Shown here piece by piece: positions 1 to 11,248 of a DNA stretch of 64,000 nt. The notes beneath the pieces are model-generated. The model did no database searches, was not told the origin of the DNA, and worked only from the letters and a program-made list of their open reading frames with translations. Source of the stretch: Acidobacteriota bacterium (GTDB lineage: Bacteria; Acidobacteriota; Thermoanaerobaculia; Gp7-AA8); contig JACPDH010000038.1 in NCBI GenBank assembly GCA_016184115.1, positions 14,053 through 78,052 of the forward strand, read 5' to 3'. Position 1 is the stretch's first letter. The number at the start of each line of letters is the position of its first letter. The translations under genes were made by a program, and so were the position numbers.

Positions 1-3000
1 GCCGATGCTCCCGCGGACGTGACCCTGAATCTGCAGGCGCAGTCGACCGTCGGGGGACAGCTCCTGATGAAGCAGGTCGCCATCAAGCTCCGGATCGCAC
101 GCGCGGCAGCCGGCGACGGACCCGGCATCGATCCGAACCTGCCGTGCGACACGGCGAGGGGCTCGGGCTGCTACAGCGTCGAATTCGAGCCGGGCTCGCT
201 ACCGATCGATGCCGGTTCGTCGGGAAGCGTGACCGCGGTCCTCACGCGCTCGCCTAACGGACCCGCGACGGTGTACGTCAATCCGCATCCGCACCTCGGC
301 GATGCGCGGATCACGTTCGCGCCGCTGCAATTCAACGCGGGCGAGACAAGAAAGGAAATCGCCCTCAACGTGAAGCGCGGCGCCGAAGCCGGGAGCGTGC
401 GCTACTACGTCGAGGCGTTCGCTCCGGACTTGAGCCGCCCCTCGGTGCGTGGTTCCGGTCGTCAGGACAAGTTCATCGACGTCGACATCCCCGGCACGAC
501 CGCCACGGCGCCGGCCGGCAAAGGCTTCTCGCTGACGGTTCACCCCGACAACATCACGCTGCAACCTGGGCAGGAGCAGACGATCGAGCTGCAGATCGCG
601 CGCGATCCCGGGTTCACGAATGGCGTCGCGCTCCGTTGGGAAGGCCAGGATCCGCGCGTGCCTCTGCGCACCGACTACGCACAGAGCGTCTTCCAGTTCA
701 GTGACTCGGCGCCGAGGAAGATCACGCTGAAGGCGGCGAACGACGCGGCACCGGGACAGTTCGAGATGATCGTTCGCGGCACGCCGAGCGGTGAAGCGGC
801 ATCGCCGGACGATCCTTCGTCGGCGTTGTCGATCACGGTTGACGAGCGTCCTGCCTCGGCAAGTGTGCGCGTCGAGCCCGATTCCTTCGAGCTGCTACCC
901 GGTGAAGAGCGGAGCGTGCAGGTCTTCGTCGAAGGGAAGAACGGCTGGAATGGAACGGTCGACGTCACGGCGAAGGGAAGCAACGGGACCAGCGCGAGCG
1001 AGGAGAGCTTCACGATCGACACGCCCGGACCGCACGAGATCGTCGTGAGGGCAACCCCCGGCGCGGAACCTAACCGTTACGCGTACGTGAAGATCAAGGT
1101 GTTCCCTCACGGCAAGTCGAACCTGATCAGCGAAACCAACATTCGCTCAGAAGTGAGGGGGATCGCGGCGGAATTCACCGCGGAGGCGGAGCCGAAGCTC
1201 GTGCATCTGAAACCGGGTGAATCGGCGCAGGTCGCCGTCAGCTTCACCGAAGGGCAGAACGGCTGGCGTGGACCGCTGGACGTGTCCATCAGCCGCACCG
1301 ACGGGATTCAGGTCGTGGAGCAGCGCTTCCGCATCGACTCGCTTCCCGTGCGGAAGACGATCACGGTGCGGGCGCTCCCGGAGGTGCCGACCGATCGCCC
1401 ACTCGACTCGCTGATCGTCAAGGCGACGCCGCCCGGCGGCTCCGAACGCGAAGTCGCTTACATCGGATTGGACATCGAGTCTCCAGCTCCTGAGCCCGTA
1501 CAACCAGCCTTCACCGTCAACGTCCTCGATACGCTCTTCATCGACCCGGGGGAGAGGCCGGGCGTGCAATTCGATGTCGCCGGCGAGAACGAATGGGCTG
1601 GACGAGTCCGCATTACAGCGCGAACCCATCAGTACCTGACCGTCGACCCGAGCTCGTTCGAGCTCGACGCGAACGATCCCGGCAACTTCGAAACGGTCCA
1701 CGTCACGACCGTCCCGGGCCTCGCGGCCTGGGGACGCAACAGGATTCCGGACCTCGTCTTCGATGCACAGCCCGTCGGTGGAGGGCAAGCAAAGTCGGTT
1801 TCGATCGCAGTCAAGGCGAGCTCAACACACCCTGGAGCGGGCAGGCCCGGCAAACCCCGCATCGGAGGCGACCGCCCTAACCCGCGAGATCCGGACGGGG
1901 GAGGACCCGATGGGGGGATCCCGGACGATCCGGACGATTTTCCCGAGCCGGCGCTGCCTCTCCCTCCGATGGGAGACGGGCTCTTTGGTGCCGAGATGAT
2001 TACGAACGCAGTGCGCATCGTCGAAGCATCAGGCGTCCACGTCGAAGGTGTGCGCGAGACGCAGGAGACGCTTGCGGAGATGTACGAGAATCAGGAGCAG
2101 GCGAATCTGCTCGTCGGTTTCTCGACGGCACACGAGCTGCTGCTCCAGCAGCTTCAGAATTCCGCACCCTCGCCGATCGGCGCGATGGAGTCGATCGATC
2201 CCGTGCGGTTCGCCCGCATGATGGACGATGCCTCCGCGCGAGAACGCGACGGTGAGTTAGGCCGACCGCTCTACCAAACGGCATCGGCCGGACTGTTGCC
2301 CATCTATTTCATGTGGGACAACGTCGCGAGCGCCGAATACAAGGATGCCGTCCTCGACATCAAGGCGGGGAGGTCCATCGAATGGCGCAAGCTCTCTCCG
2401 ATCGAGATGCTCGTCCAGCAGATGCAGGCCGGGCAGGCGAATCGTCAGATCGCAACGATGACCTCGATCGCCGAGGAAACCGTCAGCGAGATGAATGACC
2501 GGCTCGGCAAAATGCAGGCCGACAAGCTGCCGATCCCACAGCTCAAGGCCATCGTCGCGGGTCTCGCCGTCACCGGAGCCGCCGCCGCCGTCGCAGACAT
2601 GTCCGCAAAGGCATCATGCGCACTCTTCCCGACCCACGTCGTCGATCTCTATTCCGTCGTCAACGGTGAGCAGCACCTTCCGGGAACCGCGAACCCGACG
2701 GTGCCCAAGGATGGTTCCGTCTCGCTCCAGGTCTATGTGACAGCGGCTTCCGACACCAAAGACATCGCAACGCCGTGGGACATCGCGACGAAGATCGCGT
2801 ATCCCCTCTTCACATCGTTCGGCGGAAAGATGAAGGGCGGCAAGGGACAGGATGGAGAACCGGGCCAGCCGAAGACCCCGGGGAAAGGCGATCGGGAACC
2901 TGGCGGTAAGGGAGACACGAAGGCCGACGACCCGAGGATCGAGCGCGCCTGGCAGAGCAAGGAGAATCTCGCGGAGTTCGTCCACGAGGAGTTGAAGAAG

Positions 3001-3519
3001 CTCCTCGTCGGGATCCCCATCCTCAACGACTGGGTCACGAAGCTCAATCCGCAGTTCAAGATCAAGGGCTACAAGACGAGGCCGATCCTGGTCGACAGCG
3101 AGGGGGTCCTCCACCTCGGCTATCCCGAAGACCAGCCTAAGCCGTCGGTAAACCCCGACATCCGGTTCGCGGTCAACTCGAAGGAGCTGATCCGCATCCG
3201 CGAAGACGGACCCGGGCAGTACGCAATCGAAGGAAAGAACGTCGGGCACGACGCAGGCTACTTCTTCGGGCTGAAGGGTTGGCTCATCAAGAGGCTCCCA
3301 GCCGACAAGGGGAAGATGAATCGAGTAGGCGTGGTCGATGTGGTCGACGACGAACCGCGGCCCTCCAACCCGTGCGCTCCGACGAAGCCGCCCGCAACGT
3401 TTGGGCAGGCGTGCAGGTACAACGATGCGGGCGGGCTGGAGATCGCGCCTGCAGGCTACACCGGAGGCGGCTACCCGGGAATCATCATTTGCGACGGAAC
3501 GTGCGCCTTTCCGCACTGA
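1..3519 (+). CDS. giant secreted/surface repeat protein, 5-prime partial; Ig-like ~90-aa modules, Gly/Pro/Asp-rich linker, unknown C-terminal domain
   Basis: ORF 19..3519 is in frame with position 1 and has no upstream stop, so it is open to the window edge. Repeated modules carry L.PGE...V.V....GWNG.VDVT-like motifs. A GGGPDGGIPDDPDD low-complexity linker is present. No catalytic motif recognised. Confidence 0.6.
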   Translation, partial: ADAPADVTLNLQAQSTVGGQLLMKQVAIKLRIARAAAGDGPGIDPNLPCDTARGSGCYSVEFEPGSLPIDAGSSGSVTAVLTRSPNGPATVYVNPHPHLGDARITFAPLQFNAGETRKEIALNVKRGAEAGSVRYYVEAFAPDLSRPSVRGSGRQDKFIDVDIPGTTATAPAGKGFSLTVHPDNITLQPGQEQTIELQIARDPGFTNGVALRWEGQDPRVPLRTDYAQSVFQFSDSAPRKITLKAANDAAPGQFEMIVRGTPSGEAASPDDPSSALSITVDERPASASVRVEPDSFELLPGEERSVQVFVEGKNGWNGTVDVTAKGSNGTSASEESFTIDTPGPHEIVVRATPGAEPNRYAYVKIKVFPHGKSNLISETNIRSEVRGIAAEFTAEAEPKLVHLKPGESAQVAVSFTEGQNGWRGPLDVSISRTDGIQVVEQRFRIDSLPVRKTITVRALPEVPTDRPLDSLIVKATPPGGSEREVAYIGLDIESPAPEPVQPAFTVNVLDTLFIDPGERPGVQFDVAGENEWAGRVRITARTHQYLTVDPSSFELDANDPGNFETVHVTTVPGLAAWGRNRIPDLVFDAQPVGGGQAKSVSIAVKASSTHPGAGRPGKPRIGGDRPNPRDPDGGGPDGGIPDDPDDFPEPALPLPPMGDGLFGAEMITNAVRIVEASGVHVEGVRETQETLAEMYENQEQANLLVGFSTAHELLLQQLQNSAPSPIGAMESIDPVRFARMMDDASARERDGELGRPLYQTASAGLLPIYFMWDNVASAEYKDAVLDIKAGRSIEWRKLSPIEMLVQQMQAGQANRQIATMTSIAEETVSEMNDRLGKMQADKLPIPQLKAIVAGLAVTGAAAAVADMSAKASCALFPTHVVDLYSVVNGEQHLPGTANPTVPKDGSVSLQVYVTAASDTKDIATPWDIATKIAYPLFTSFGGKMKGGKGQDGEPGQPKTPGKGDREPGGKGDTKADDPRIERAWQSKENLAEFVHEELKKLLVGIPILNDWVTKLNPQFKIKGYKTRPILVDSEGVLHLGYPEDQPKPSVNPDIRFAVNSKELIRIREDGPGQYAIEGKNVGHDAGYFFGLKGWLIKRLPADKGKMNRVGVVDVVDDEPRPSNPCAPTKPPATFGQACRYNDAGGLEIAPAGYTGGGYPGIIICDGTCAFPH

Positions 3520-3708
3520 TGCGTTGCGCGTAGGGGGCATCCGAGGCGAAGTGCAGGGCGTCGCGCGTGGATGCGCGCCCCTCGCGCCAAGTCTGGTCAT
3601 GCTGCGGCGTATGCCACCGTGCGCACGTGATGACTCTCTTCCGCGTGAGCCGTTCTTCGCGTCGTTTTCGCTTTAGCCAACAAGCGACGTTTTCAGGAGA
3701 GCACACCA

Positions 3709-6700
3709 TGACCCTCGTCACCCATCGACTCCGTGTTTTCACATTGATCCTTGCGCTTTTCACCTCATTCGCCGGCGCAGCAGAACGCAACGAGGGGACA
3801 GGCGGAGCGGATTCGTTCAATCCCGGCGTTCGCGGTCGGGGCCACGACCACCGAGGCGGCGGGCCGACGCCGTGGGTGATCACTCCGAGCGCTGGCGATT
3901 ACACGGTCACGGTGGCTCCGAATCCGATCCTGATTCCGAGCGGCGGCGACGGACGACAGACGTTCACATTCACGCTGACGTCGACGGGAGGATTCACCGG
4001 ACCGGTGACGGTGACGATCGGGTGGTCCGGCGATGTGATCGTCCTCGAGAAGAACTGTCCGCCCGCGACTCCCTGCCCACCTCCTGCGACGATGGCGTAC
4101 AACGTGCCCGCAGGCGGCAGCATCTCCGATTCGGCGATTGCCTCGCGCACCGGCCCGAACGGCGGGACGATCACAATCACGACGACCACGCCCGGACTTC
4201 CGGACAAAGACACGCCGGTCACCGTCAGCACCGCCGTGGCAGGCGACTTCTTCCTCTTCCCCACTCCCGGAACGCTCACGATGGAGCGTGGCCAGAGTGG
4301 GACGACGACGATCAACCTCCAACGTTCCGGCGGGTTCACGGGTGAGGTCTTCATGGACGCGCTGGTCGGTGGGAGTCCATCCGCCGGGTCGGGATTCACG
4401 ATTACGCCTAACATGCCCGTTACGTTCGCCGCGGGCGAAACGAAGAAGCAGATCACGATCGCGGTCGATCAGAGCGTGCCCCAGGCGGCTCACACCGTGA
4501 CATTCGTCGGCACGGCCGTCGGGATCAGCGGAACGAGGCCGTGCAACGTCACGGTGAACGTCAACCCAACCCCCGACTTCACCTTCGCCGCGACGCCGAG
4601 CCCACTCTCGGTGACGCAAGGCTCGACCGCGACGGCGACCCTTACCATCGCGCGCCTCGGAAACTTCGAAGGGAACGTCGACGTCACGGCGACGACGACG
4701 GCTTCTGGAATCTCGATTCCCAGCGTGACCTTCGCTGCGTCCGAGACGACGAAGACGGTCACGATCAGTGCGGCGTCCAACGCGACCGCCGGACCCGCGA
4801 CGATCACGTTCGCGGCATTCGCACCGAGTCTCGGCAAGACCCTCACCTCGTTGATCGGCCTGACCGTCGTCTCGTCGCAGGCACCCGGAAGCTTCACGAT
4901 TGCGGCGTCGCCGCTGAACCTCGAGATCGTGGCCGGTGGCACCAGCAGGATGACCATCACACTCGCTCGCGAGAACTTCACGGGCGACGTCGACGTGACA
5001 CTCACTGCGAATGCGGCGAGCAGGACGGCCGCAGGCGCCGCCGGTATCACCATCTCGCCGGAGTCGTTCACGTTCAGCGGCAGCGCCACGACCCAGGATG
5101 TGGAGATCGGTGTCGCAACGGATGCAGCCGCGCAACACGTGACCGTCGGCTTCACCGCGTCGTCGCCCGCACTCCCCGGTGTCACGCGAACGGGGTCATC
5201 CGGAGTCACCGTCGTTCCCGCGAGCAGCGGCACCCCGATCCTCACTTCGGTGATCCCCGACGCGCTCGTTGCGGGCTCGCAGCGATCGACGCTCGTGTTC
5301 GCGGGTCGGAACTTCGTTGCTGGCGCCCAGATCCTCTCGGCCGATCCCAATGTCATCGTCGAGAGCACGCAGATTCAATCCGATTCGATTGCCACGGCGA
5401 TCGTGACCGTCGATCCATTCGCGCAGCCGGGCCCGTCGGCGTTCCGGCTCCGCAATCCAGACAGCGTCACGACCTCGGGGATCGACGTGATCGTCTACGA
5501 GGAAGGCGACATCGGTGCGCCCCTCGACGTGACCGCGGCGGCGATTCTCAGCCCTCTCGGGGGGAAGATCGTGAGTAACGTCGAGCGGCCGTACGCGACG
5601 GGCGTCGTCGCAACGACTGGCAGCGGGACGATAACCGGCCGGTGGCTGTTCGATGGCGGAACGTTTGACACGTTCACGATCACCGTTTCTGCCGGCGAAC
5701 CGGCGATGGTGAACTCGCGCGTGCCGCTGCCTCCATCCTACGCAGGCGCGCACCAACTGCAACTCGTGATCGATTCGCCGCGCAAGGCGGAGTCCGCGAG
5801 TATCCAGCTTCGAACGGCGGTCGACAGTGCGAGTAACCTCACGATTCTCGGTCCCATGCCGGAGGCAGGCGTGACCGTTGCGGCGGACGAGCCGCTCACG
5901 CTACGCTGGTCGATGGTTCCGGGAGCGTTAGGCTACGAGGTGGAGATCAATCGTGACGGAGAGCTGGTCGCGACGGTCGATGCAGGCCAGGAGGCAGAGG
6001 TCACACTCGACCCCTCGGAGCTCCTCGCCGACGATCCGAGCGGCGAGCTCCTCTGGCGTGTTGCGCCCGTCTACTGTTGCGCCGGGAACGATCCGTACCG
6101 TGGCGCGGAATCGGAATGGAGTGCGCTCCGCATCGATCCGTCGGCACGAGCGAACCGCGAGCTCTATGAATCGGTTCTCGACGCCTCGATCGAGCAGGCG
6201 ATGACGCCGCGGCTGCGCTATCAGCTCGCGAGCCTCTCCAGCGAAGCACTCGGGGACGAGGGCCCGGCATTGGTCGCCCAGGTGGCGAAGGTCGCCGAGA
6301 CGCGCACCGGTTCGACGGCAAGCGGCCCCAACGCGCGACGCGACTGGTCGATCCTACCGATGATGACGTCGACGTACACGCGTGACGCCGAGGAACAGGA
6401 CGGCTCGGTGCAACTGTCGGGTCAGGCCGACCTGGGGCTCGCGCCCGTCTCAGCGAAGTACACGACCGACTTCACCGGTACCAACATCTACGGCGACGAC
6501 TTCAGCTTCGAGGGGAGCCGCAACTGGGTCGTGAACTTCGGAAACGCGAAACGGTCGAAGCGTACGATCCGTCCGGAAGCGATCGTCGGCTACGGGCCTC
6601 CCGACTTCTTCCGCGGCGCGACACTCGTCACGTCGAGCCTCGCACGAGGCGGTGGACTCGGCCGCATCATGACGCCGGTCGGAAACTTCGCCTACTACTC

Positions 6701-7955
6701 GACCTTTACCGACGTGCTCGAGGGGGTGGTCGCCGGGAACTTCGGGACGAAGCAGCGGGTCGACGCCGCCGCGTTCGAGCTTCCGGAGTCGAAGAAGTAT
6801 TCGTTCAAGCTGCTCGCGATGAATGTCGAGGACCTGCCTTTGGCCTCGCAGTCGACGCCGCAGGGAGAAGGGCAGTCGTTCGGGTTCCTGACGACGCTGA
6901 ACGTGAGCCCGAAGCTGCAGCTCGTCGCCGAGGCCTCCCGAGGTCGTGGCGAATGGACGACGCGAAGTGGCGTTCGCGAGCGCGAGGGCAATGCGTACCG
7001 GCTGGGGTTCACCGGACGGCGCGGTCTGCTGACGTATCGCGCCGACGTCAATCACACCGATGACGACTACGCGAATCCGGGCAACCGTGGCTTCACGACG
7101 GCATCGATTCCGAATCGCACCGGCGGTTCGCTCGCGCTCTCGCGCGCCGTCGGACGAGGCTCGGCGACACTTGCAGTGAAGCATCAGACGCAGTCCCGGC
7201 CGACTTCGACCGCGCGCGCCACCGGCCTCAACATCTCGTACAACATCGCCCTCAAGCCAAACCTCAACCTCAGTGCGACGGCGAACACGAACGTCGATTC
7301 GGCGGGCGCAGACAGCCGCACGCGCCAGCCGCGCACGGATCGCCAGCAAGTAGGCGGTGCACTGACGCTAACGCACAGCTTCGGCCGCCTGTCGATTTCC
7401 GAGAGCGTCTCGCATCAACGCCTCGACGACGACGTGCGTACGAGCAACACGAACGACGTCACCACATTCACCCTCACGGGCGGCGGTTCGATCGTGAAGA
7501 ACGTCGATCTCTTCTCGTCGGCCACTTACGTTCGCACTAACGCCGTGTCTGGAGATGGAGACAACGTGACAGTCTCGCTGCAGCCCTCGTTCGCGATTCC
7601 GCGTCTCTATGTGTCGCTGCAGCCGATGGTGAGTTACAACTACTCGACCAGCGATCTCACGCGGAGCGACAACCGCACCGAACGGTACGCGGCGATGATG
7701 CAGTGGAATCCGCAGTGGCTCGACAAGGTCGGGGCGATGCAGCTGTCGACCAACTGGAACTACAACGAGTTCGGCTACGACGGACGCTCGACGCGGACGA
7801 GCGATCGCACGTACGTCGGAACGTTCACTCTGAAGTGGGGCGCAGGTCTCGGGAGCGAGATGTTCCGGCGGAACAGACTTCCGGGCGAGATGCAGGTCAG
7901 CGGCCGGGGAGGCGCGAGTCAGGATCCCGTGAATGGCAAGACGCCCGCGCGTTGA
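3709..7955 (+). CDS. giant secreted protein: signal peptide, multiple Ig-like repeats (GGFTG.V.V / FTGDVDVT motifs), C-terminal ~600-aa outer-membrane beta-barrel-like domain
   Basis: ATG at 3709 is preceded by AGGAGAG at 3696..3702. Hydrophobic N-terminus LRVFTLILALFTSFAGAA. At least four related repeat modules. The C-terminal third shows alternating hydrophobic/polar residues with many Y/T/S/N/R, typical of beta-barrels. The longer track ORF from 3567 is rejected because there is no RBS and the signal peptide starts at 3709. Confidence 0.6.
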
Positions 7956-8010
7956 ATGGGGGTGAATCACTGTTCGTTGCGTCGTCCATTCGCCGTAGAA
8001 TTCCGAATGG

Positions 8011-8571
8011 ATGTCGCATGACGTCACCCAATTATTGAATCTATGGAGATCGGGCGACCGGGCTGCTCTCGAGCAGCTCGTGCCGCTGATCTACGACGAG
8101 TTGCGACGTGTGGCGACACGCCACCTGGGGCGTGAGCGTGCCGGGCACACGTTGCAGCCGACGGCGCTCGTGCACGAGGCGTTTCTCAGACTCGCGGGCG
8201 TCTCGAACATCGAGTGGCAGAACCGGGCGCAGTTCATCGGGGTCGCGGCGGAAATGATGCGACGGATCCTCGTCGATTACGCGCGAGCGCGCGCCACGGA
8301 GAAGCGGGGTGGCGGCGCCACGATGGTCGAGCTCGATTCGGACGCGGTTCCAGGGAAACAGAGGGAGGCCGAGCTGCTCGCCGTCGATGAAGCGCTGAAG
8401 CGGCTCGCGGAATTCGACCCGCGCCAAGCGAAGATCGTGGAGATGCGCTACTTCGGCGGCCTAACTATCGAGGAGACTGCCGCCGCAGTGGAGCTCTCCC
8501 CCGCGACCGTGAAGCGCGAATGGACCGTTGCCAGAGCGTGGCTTCATCGGGAGCTCTCGCAAACGGGGTGA
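8011..8571 (+). CDS. RNA polymerase ECF sigma factor, TIGR02999-like (Acidobacteria/Planctomycetes type)
   Basis: N-terminal LLNLWRSGDRAALEQLVPLIYDELRRVA...TLQPTALVHEAFLRL signature. Region 4 motif RYFGGLTIEETAAAVELSPATVKREW. Confidence 0.85.
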   Translation: MSHDVTQLLNLWRSGDRAALEQLVPLIYDELRRVATRHLGRERAGHTLQPTALVHEAFLRLAGVSNIEWQNRAQFIGVAAEMMRRILVDYARARATEKRGGGATMVELDSDAVPGKQREAELLAVDEALKRLAEFDPRQAKIVEMRYFGGLTIEETAAAVELSPATVKREWTVARAWLHRELSQTG

Positions 8572-8981
8572 ACGATTCATCCTCGGCGCCGCGTCGAGCG
8601 CGTACCCCGAGCGGCGCCTCCACAGCCGGGATCGCGGGTCAGGTCTCGAAGCGATGGGTCGTTCGGGCCGGCGTGAACCTGCATCTGGGCCGCGAAGTCC
8701 CCAGCGTCGCAGTTTTCTGTCGAGCCTGATGGAGATGAAGGACTAGCCATGCGCAGGGGCGAGGCGCGCTGCGGGGTGTGGGCTGAACGAAGCGTGGAGC
8801 TGATACGCGAGTCGATCGAGGTGCGAAGCCTCCTCGGAATGGAGGTTCGGCAACGCGAAGTCTGCCAATGGTGGAGCCGGATGCGTCGCCGGAGGATTGA
8901 CAGAAAGCCGAAGCTCTGACCCCTTCGCTGCCTCGCCCGGGACCAGCCTTGGGGTCGTGACGACGAGAATGAAGGTTGGCA

Positions 8982-9266
8982 ATGGCAACCGGGTGGTTGC
9001 TACCATGCGCCGTCATGTCGACCGAGTCACATTCCCGAAGTCTGGCCAAAGCCGTGTCATGGCGCATCACAGGTACGCTCGACACGGTTCTGATCTCCTA
9101 CCTCGTGACGCGAAAGCTGACGCTGGCGGTCACGATCGGCGTCGTCGAGCTCTTCACGAAGATCATGCTCTACTACGCTCACGAGAGGGTCTGGAACAGG
9201 ATTTCGTACGGGCGTGCGCGGAGAGCGACGGTTCCGGCCTCGGAGGGCGAGGATGAGCTAGTGTAG
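8982..9266 (+). CDS. DUF2061-family small membrane protein
   Basis: SHSRSLAKAVSWRITGTLDT...ELFTKIMLYYAHERVWN matches the DUF2061 signature. ATG 8982 lies 6 nt after GAAGG; an alternative start is ATG 9015. Confidence 0.5.
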   Translation: MATGWLLPCAVMSTESHSRSLAKAVSWRITGTLDTVLISYLVTRKLTLAVTIGVVELFTKIMLYYAHERVWNRISYGRARRATVPASEGEDELV

Positions 9267-9453
9267 TGTTTTGACCGCTCAACGCTCGAGCGGATCGGCG
9301 GGAGCGGGACGTGGCAGTAGGGGTCAAACCTTCGTTTTTCTCGCTTTTCCAAGATCGCCGCGCGATTCTCCGACGGCAAGTGCGCGATACTGCTTCCTGC
9401 AAGTCCTGGGAGGCTACGTGAACGCTACGCTCCGACTCCGCGCGCGACGCGCG

Positions 9454-10140
9454 ATGATGTTGACTTTGGCGGTCCTCGCCGTGCTTCCAGCGAGGACCGA
9501 ATGCGAAGATGCTCCGTCGCCCGCTCCCGCAGCGCGCACCATCATCCTCGTGCGGCATGGGCACTACGTCGCCGATGAGGCTGACTCGTCGCCTGGTCCG
9601 GGACTCTCGCCGCTCGGCTTCGCGCAGGCGAAGCTCGTCGCGGCCCGGCTTGCGGGGATGCCGGGGAGGTTCGACGCGATTCTCGCGAGCCCGATGACGC
9701 GCGCACAGGAGACGGCGAAAACGATCGCAGCCGAACTCCCTGGCGTCCCGTTCGAGACTCTTCACGATCTCGAAGAATGCACACCGGCGACACGCCGCAA
9801 CGAGGTCACGAAGGACGAGAAGCCGGAGGAGATGGCGGCGTGCGCTGCGAAGCTCGACGCCGTTTTCGAGAAGCAGTTCGTCACGGCGAAAGGCGAGGAG
9901 CGGCGCGAGCTTTTCGTCTGCCACGGAAACGTCATCCGCTATCTCGTCACGAAAGCGCTCGGCGTCGATACGCAGGCATGGCTCGAGATGTCGGTAGGCC
10001 ATGCGAGCCTAACGCAGATTCGTGTGGAGCCTGATGGACGCTTCAAGGTGATCGCCGTCGGCGACATCGGCCACGTGCCTCCCAACCTGCAGACGGGCGC
10101 GACTGGAATGGGCGATAAGCGACTCGCCACCCCACAGTGA
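9454..10140 (+). CDS. histidine phosphatase superfamily protein (phosphoglycerate mutase / SixA-like), secreted
   Basis: IILVRHGHY catalytic RHG motif followed by LSPLG. The N-terminal hydrophobic segment MMLTLAVLAVLPA supports the ATG at 9454, in frame inside the longer track ORF 9271..10140. Confidence 0.7.
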   Translation: MMLTLAVLAVLPARTECEDAPSPAPAARTIILVRHGHYVADEADSSPGPGLSPLGFAQAKLVAARLAGMPGRFDAILASPMTRAQETAKTIAAELPGVPFETLHDLEECTPATRRNEVTKDEKPEEMAACAAKLDAVFEKQFVTAKGEERRELFVCHGNVIRYLVTKALGVDTQAWLEMSVGHASLTQIRVEPDGRFKVIAVGDIGHVPPNLQTGATGMGDKRLATPQ

Positions 10141-10470
10141 GTGAAGGGCGCATGGATGCGGCAACCCGGGTTGCCGAAGGCGGCCCGGGTCGAATGTTCG
10201 AGACACGGTTCGCACCCTCGAGGGGTGCCGGAAGCAGACGGATCCCGCGCGCCCTGGCACCCCTCCGGGGTGCGAACCGTGCCACATTGCGCGTCCGGGG
10301 GTCGCCTGCGGCGACCCCCGGCTACCTTCTGGCATCCCTTCGCGACGCGAGCACACCAAGATCACTCGAGACTTTCGCGGCAGAAGTGTTTTCTGGGCGG
10401 GGGTTTCTGGGTTCGAAATTCAGCGTTCAACGTTCTAACTTCGGCCTTATTCTCTTGACTTGAGGCCATT

Positions 10471-10565
10471 GGGGTCGCCTTGGGGTCTGACCCCACGCTT
10501 GGGGTCTGACCCCACATAAGGCCATGGTCACCCCACGTTTGGGGTCTGACCCCACGGTACCCCAC
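10471..10565. repeat. array of 3-4 copies of palindromic unit TTGGGGTCTGACCCCAC (inverted arms GGGGTC/GACCCC), ~19-bp period, with degenerate flanking copies
   Basis: Direct reading: copies at 10482..10494, 10501..10513 and 10541..10553, with partial copies ggggtcgcc and ggtcaccccac. Located ~40 bp upstream of the cytochrome c lipoprotein gene. Confidence 0.8.
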
Positions 10566-10594
10566 CGTTCGTCGCGATCGAGGAGGCTCGTCCG

Positions 10595-11227
10595 ATGCGT
10601 CGCAGTTTCGTACTCCTTGGGATTCCCTTGATGCTCATTGCAGTCGGCTGTGGCAAGCCAGCGGGCGATGCCGATCGTAAGGCCGTGCCAATCCGCGCGA
10701 CTGACGTGGCGGCGCAGCCTGCTACCGAGCCTGCCGTGCCCGCTTCGACGCCGCCTGCGACTGAGCCGCCAACCGCGACTCTCGTCGAAGCGGACACCAC
10801 ACCGGCCGCGCCTGCGTCAACGGCGACGACGCCAAGCGCTCCGAAGCCCGCCATCGCTCCGAGTCGTCCCGGACCGGCGCCCGCGCCAGCCACTTCGACG
10901 CCAACGGCGGCGGCCGCCCCGCCTCCGGTGACGACGGCAACTGCGGCTCCTCCCGTCGATGCAACTGCGGCGAAGCCCGCCGAGGATATTCCTCCGGTTG
11001 CGGCGCCTGCCCCTGCGAGTCAGCCCGCGCCGCGAGCGAGCAGCGGTAAGGCGCCGAAGACGCACACGGTCAATCGGGAAGGGATCATGCACGCGCCCGA
11101 TGCGGAGAGCGCGGGATCGAAATGCGCGATGTGCCACGGTAAAGAGCTCAAGGGCGGCAAGATGGCAAAGACTCCCTGCTACGAGTGTCACGAGAAGAAC
11201 TGGAAGCAGGCGGGTGGGTTAGGTTGA
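10595..11227 (+). CDS. diheme c-type cytochrome lipoprotein with long Pro/Ala/Thr-rich linker
   Basis: Lipobox LIAVGC after a signal peptide. About 130 aa of PATEP/PAAP low complexity. C-terminal CAMCH and CYECH match two CxxCH heme-binding motifs. Confidence 0.6.
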   Translation: MRRSFVLLGIPLMLIAVGCGKPAGDADRKAVPIRATDVAAQPATEPAVPASTPPATEPPTATLVEADTTPAAPASTATTPSAPKPAIAPSRPGPAPAPATSTPTAAAAPPPVTTATAAPPVDATAAKPAEDIPPVAAPAPASQPAPRASSGKAPKTHTVNREGIMHAPDAESAGSKCAMCHGKELKGGKMAKTPCYECHEKNWKQAGGLG

Positions 11228-11248
11228 GTGTCGAATGACCCGGGACCT

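Noticed and set aside
3765-7349. Large antisense or alternative-frame ORFs (e.g. 3765..5138 -, 4541..5578 +, 6450..7349 -) inside the giant protein gene
   Set aside because: The extreme Arg/Gly/Asp composition is typical of wrong-frame ORFs in high-GC DNA. They are fully overlapped by a coherent repeat-protein reading frame.
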